Positions 63,568 to 64,000 of a stretch of DNA of 64,000 nt are shown here, piece after piece (positions within the stretch are counted from its first letter, which is position 1; each line of letters begins with the position of its first letter). The notes under the pieces were generated by a model. It made no database searches, was not told where the DNA came from, and was given only the letters and a program-made list of their open reading frames with translations. The stretch lies in assembly GCA_053919585.1 (NCBI GenBank), contig CM132792.1; one strand, given 5' to 3'. The translations under genes and the position numbers were made by a program. Source of the stretch: Euprymna scolopes. Lineage: Eukaryota.

Positions 63568-63653
<86 letters not shown>

Positions 63654-64000
63654 GCGAAATGAAACGACCTCGATTTGACTCCTTATTGGTAAAATGCACG
63701 GATATCACATAAACCAAAAAAAATCAATATGATCATTCTGGTTATGTGTTCAATAAAAGGTTTATTGCGGGTTCCTAATAATTAATTTTATCTTATTATT
63801 TTCCATACACAAAATCCAAACCGAGTATAGAATATCCACTCACAAACGTGACTCGGACGAGTGTCTAAACCAATTAACACATCCTTCAATAAGTCGTAAA
63901 CTTAACTAATAAACTTGATTTCCATTTCAGGTTTTATTCTTTTCTTGGGACATCTATTTTGAATATAGCTTCGCATAGACAATTGTGAATATTATTGCAA

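Overview
AT-rich animal genomic DNA full of microsatellites, with eight short N-gaps. The repeat families resemble those I associate with cephalopod (octopus-like) genomes; that is an inference. The only host protein-coding gene is a divergent Sp6-9 (Sp8/9-like) C2H2 zinc-finger transcription factor (~46075-47436, +). The rest is mostly decayed transposons: CR1/L2-group LINEs, a Vingi-like LINE, Penelope-like elements (PLEs), Copia and Gypsy remnants, Helitrons, DD34D and DD41D Tc1/mariner elements, MITEs/foldbacks, and 5S- and tRNA-derived SINEs. The unexpected signal is catalytic RNA: about 18 type I hammerhead ribozyme (HHR) motifs or relics, found by eye on both strands. Many sit at PLE-type ends. 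The most striking lie in non-coding, partially tandem units with periods of 327, 343 and 334 bp, each joining a tRNA-derived Pol III head (A/B boxes) to a hammerhead (425-872, 33458-33935, 24100-24695); a single tRNA-Ala-headed relative lies at ~17433-17620. They look like a family of Pol III retrozyme-SINEs, probably mobilised by PLEs, and parallel the Schistosoma SM-alpha repeats. All folds were paired by hand, and no ribozyme activity is shown.
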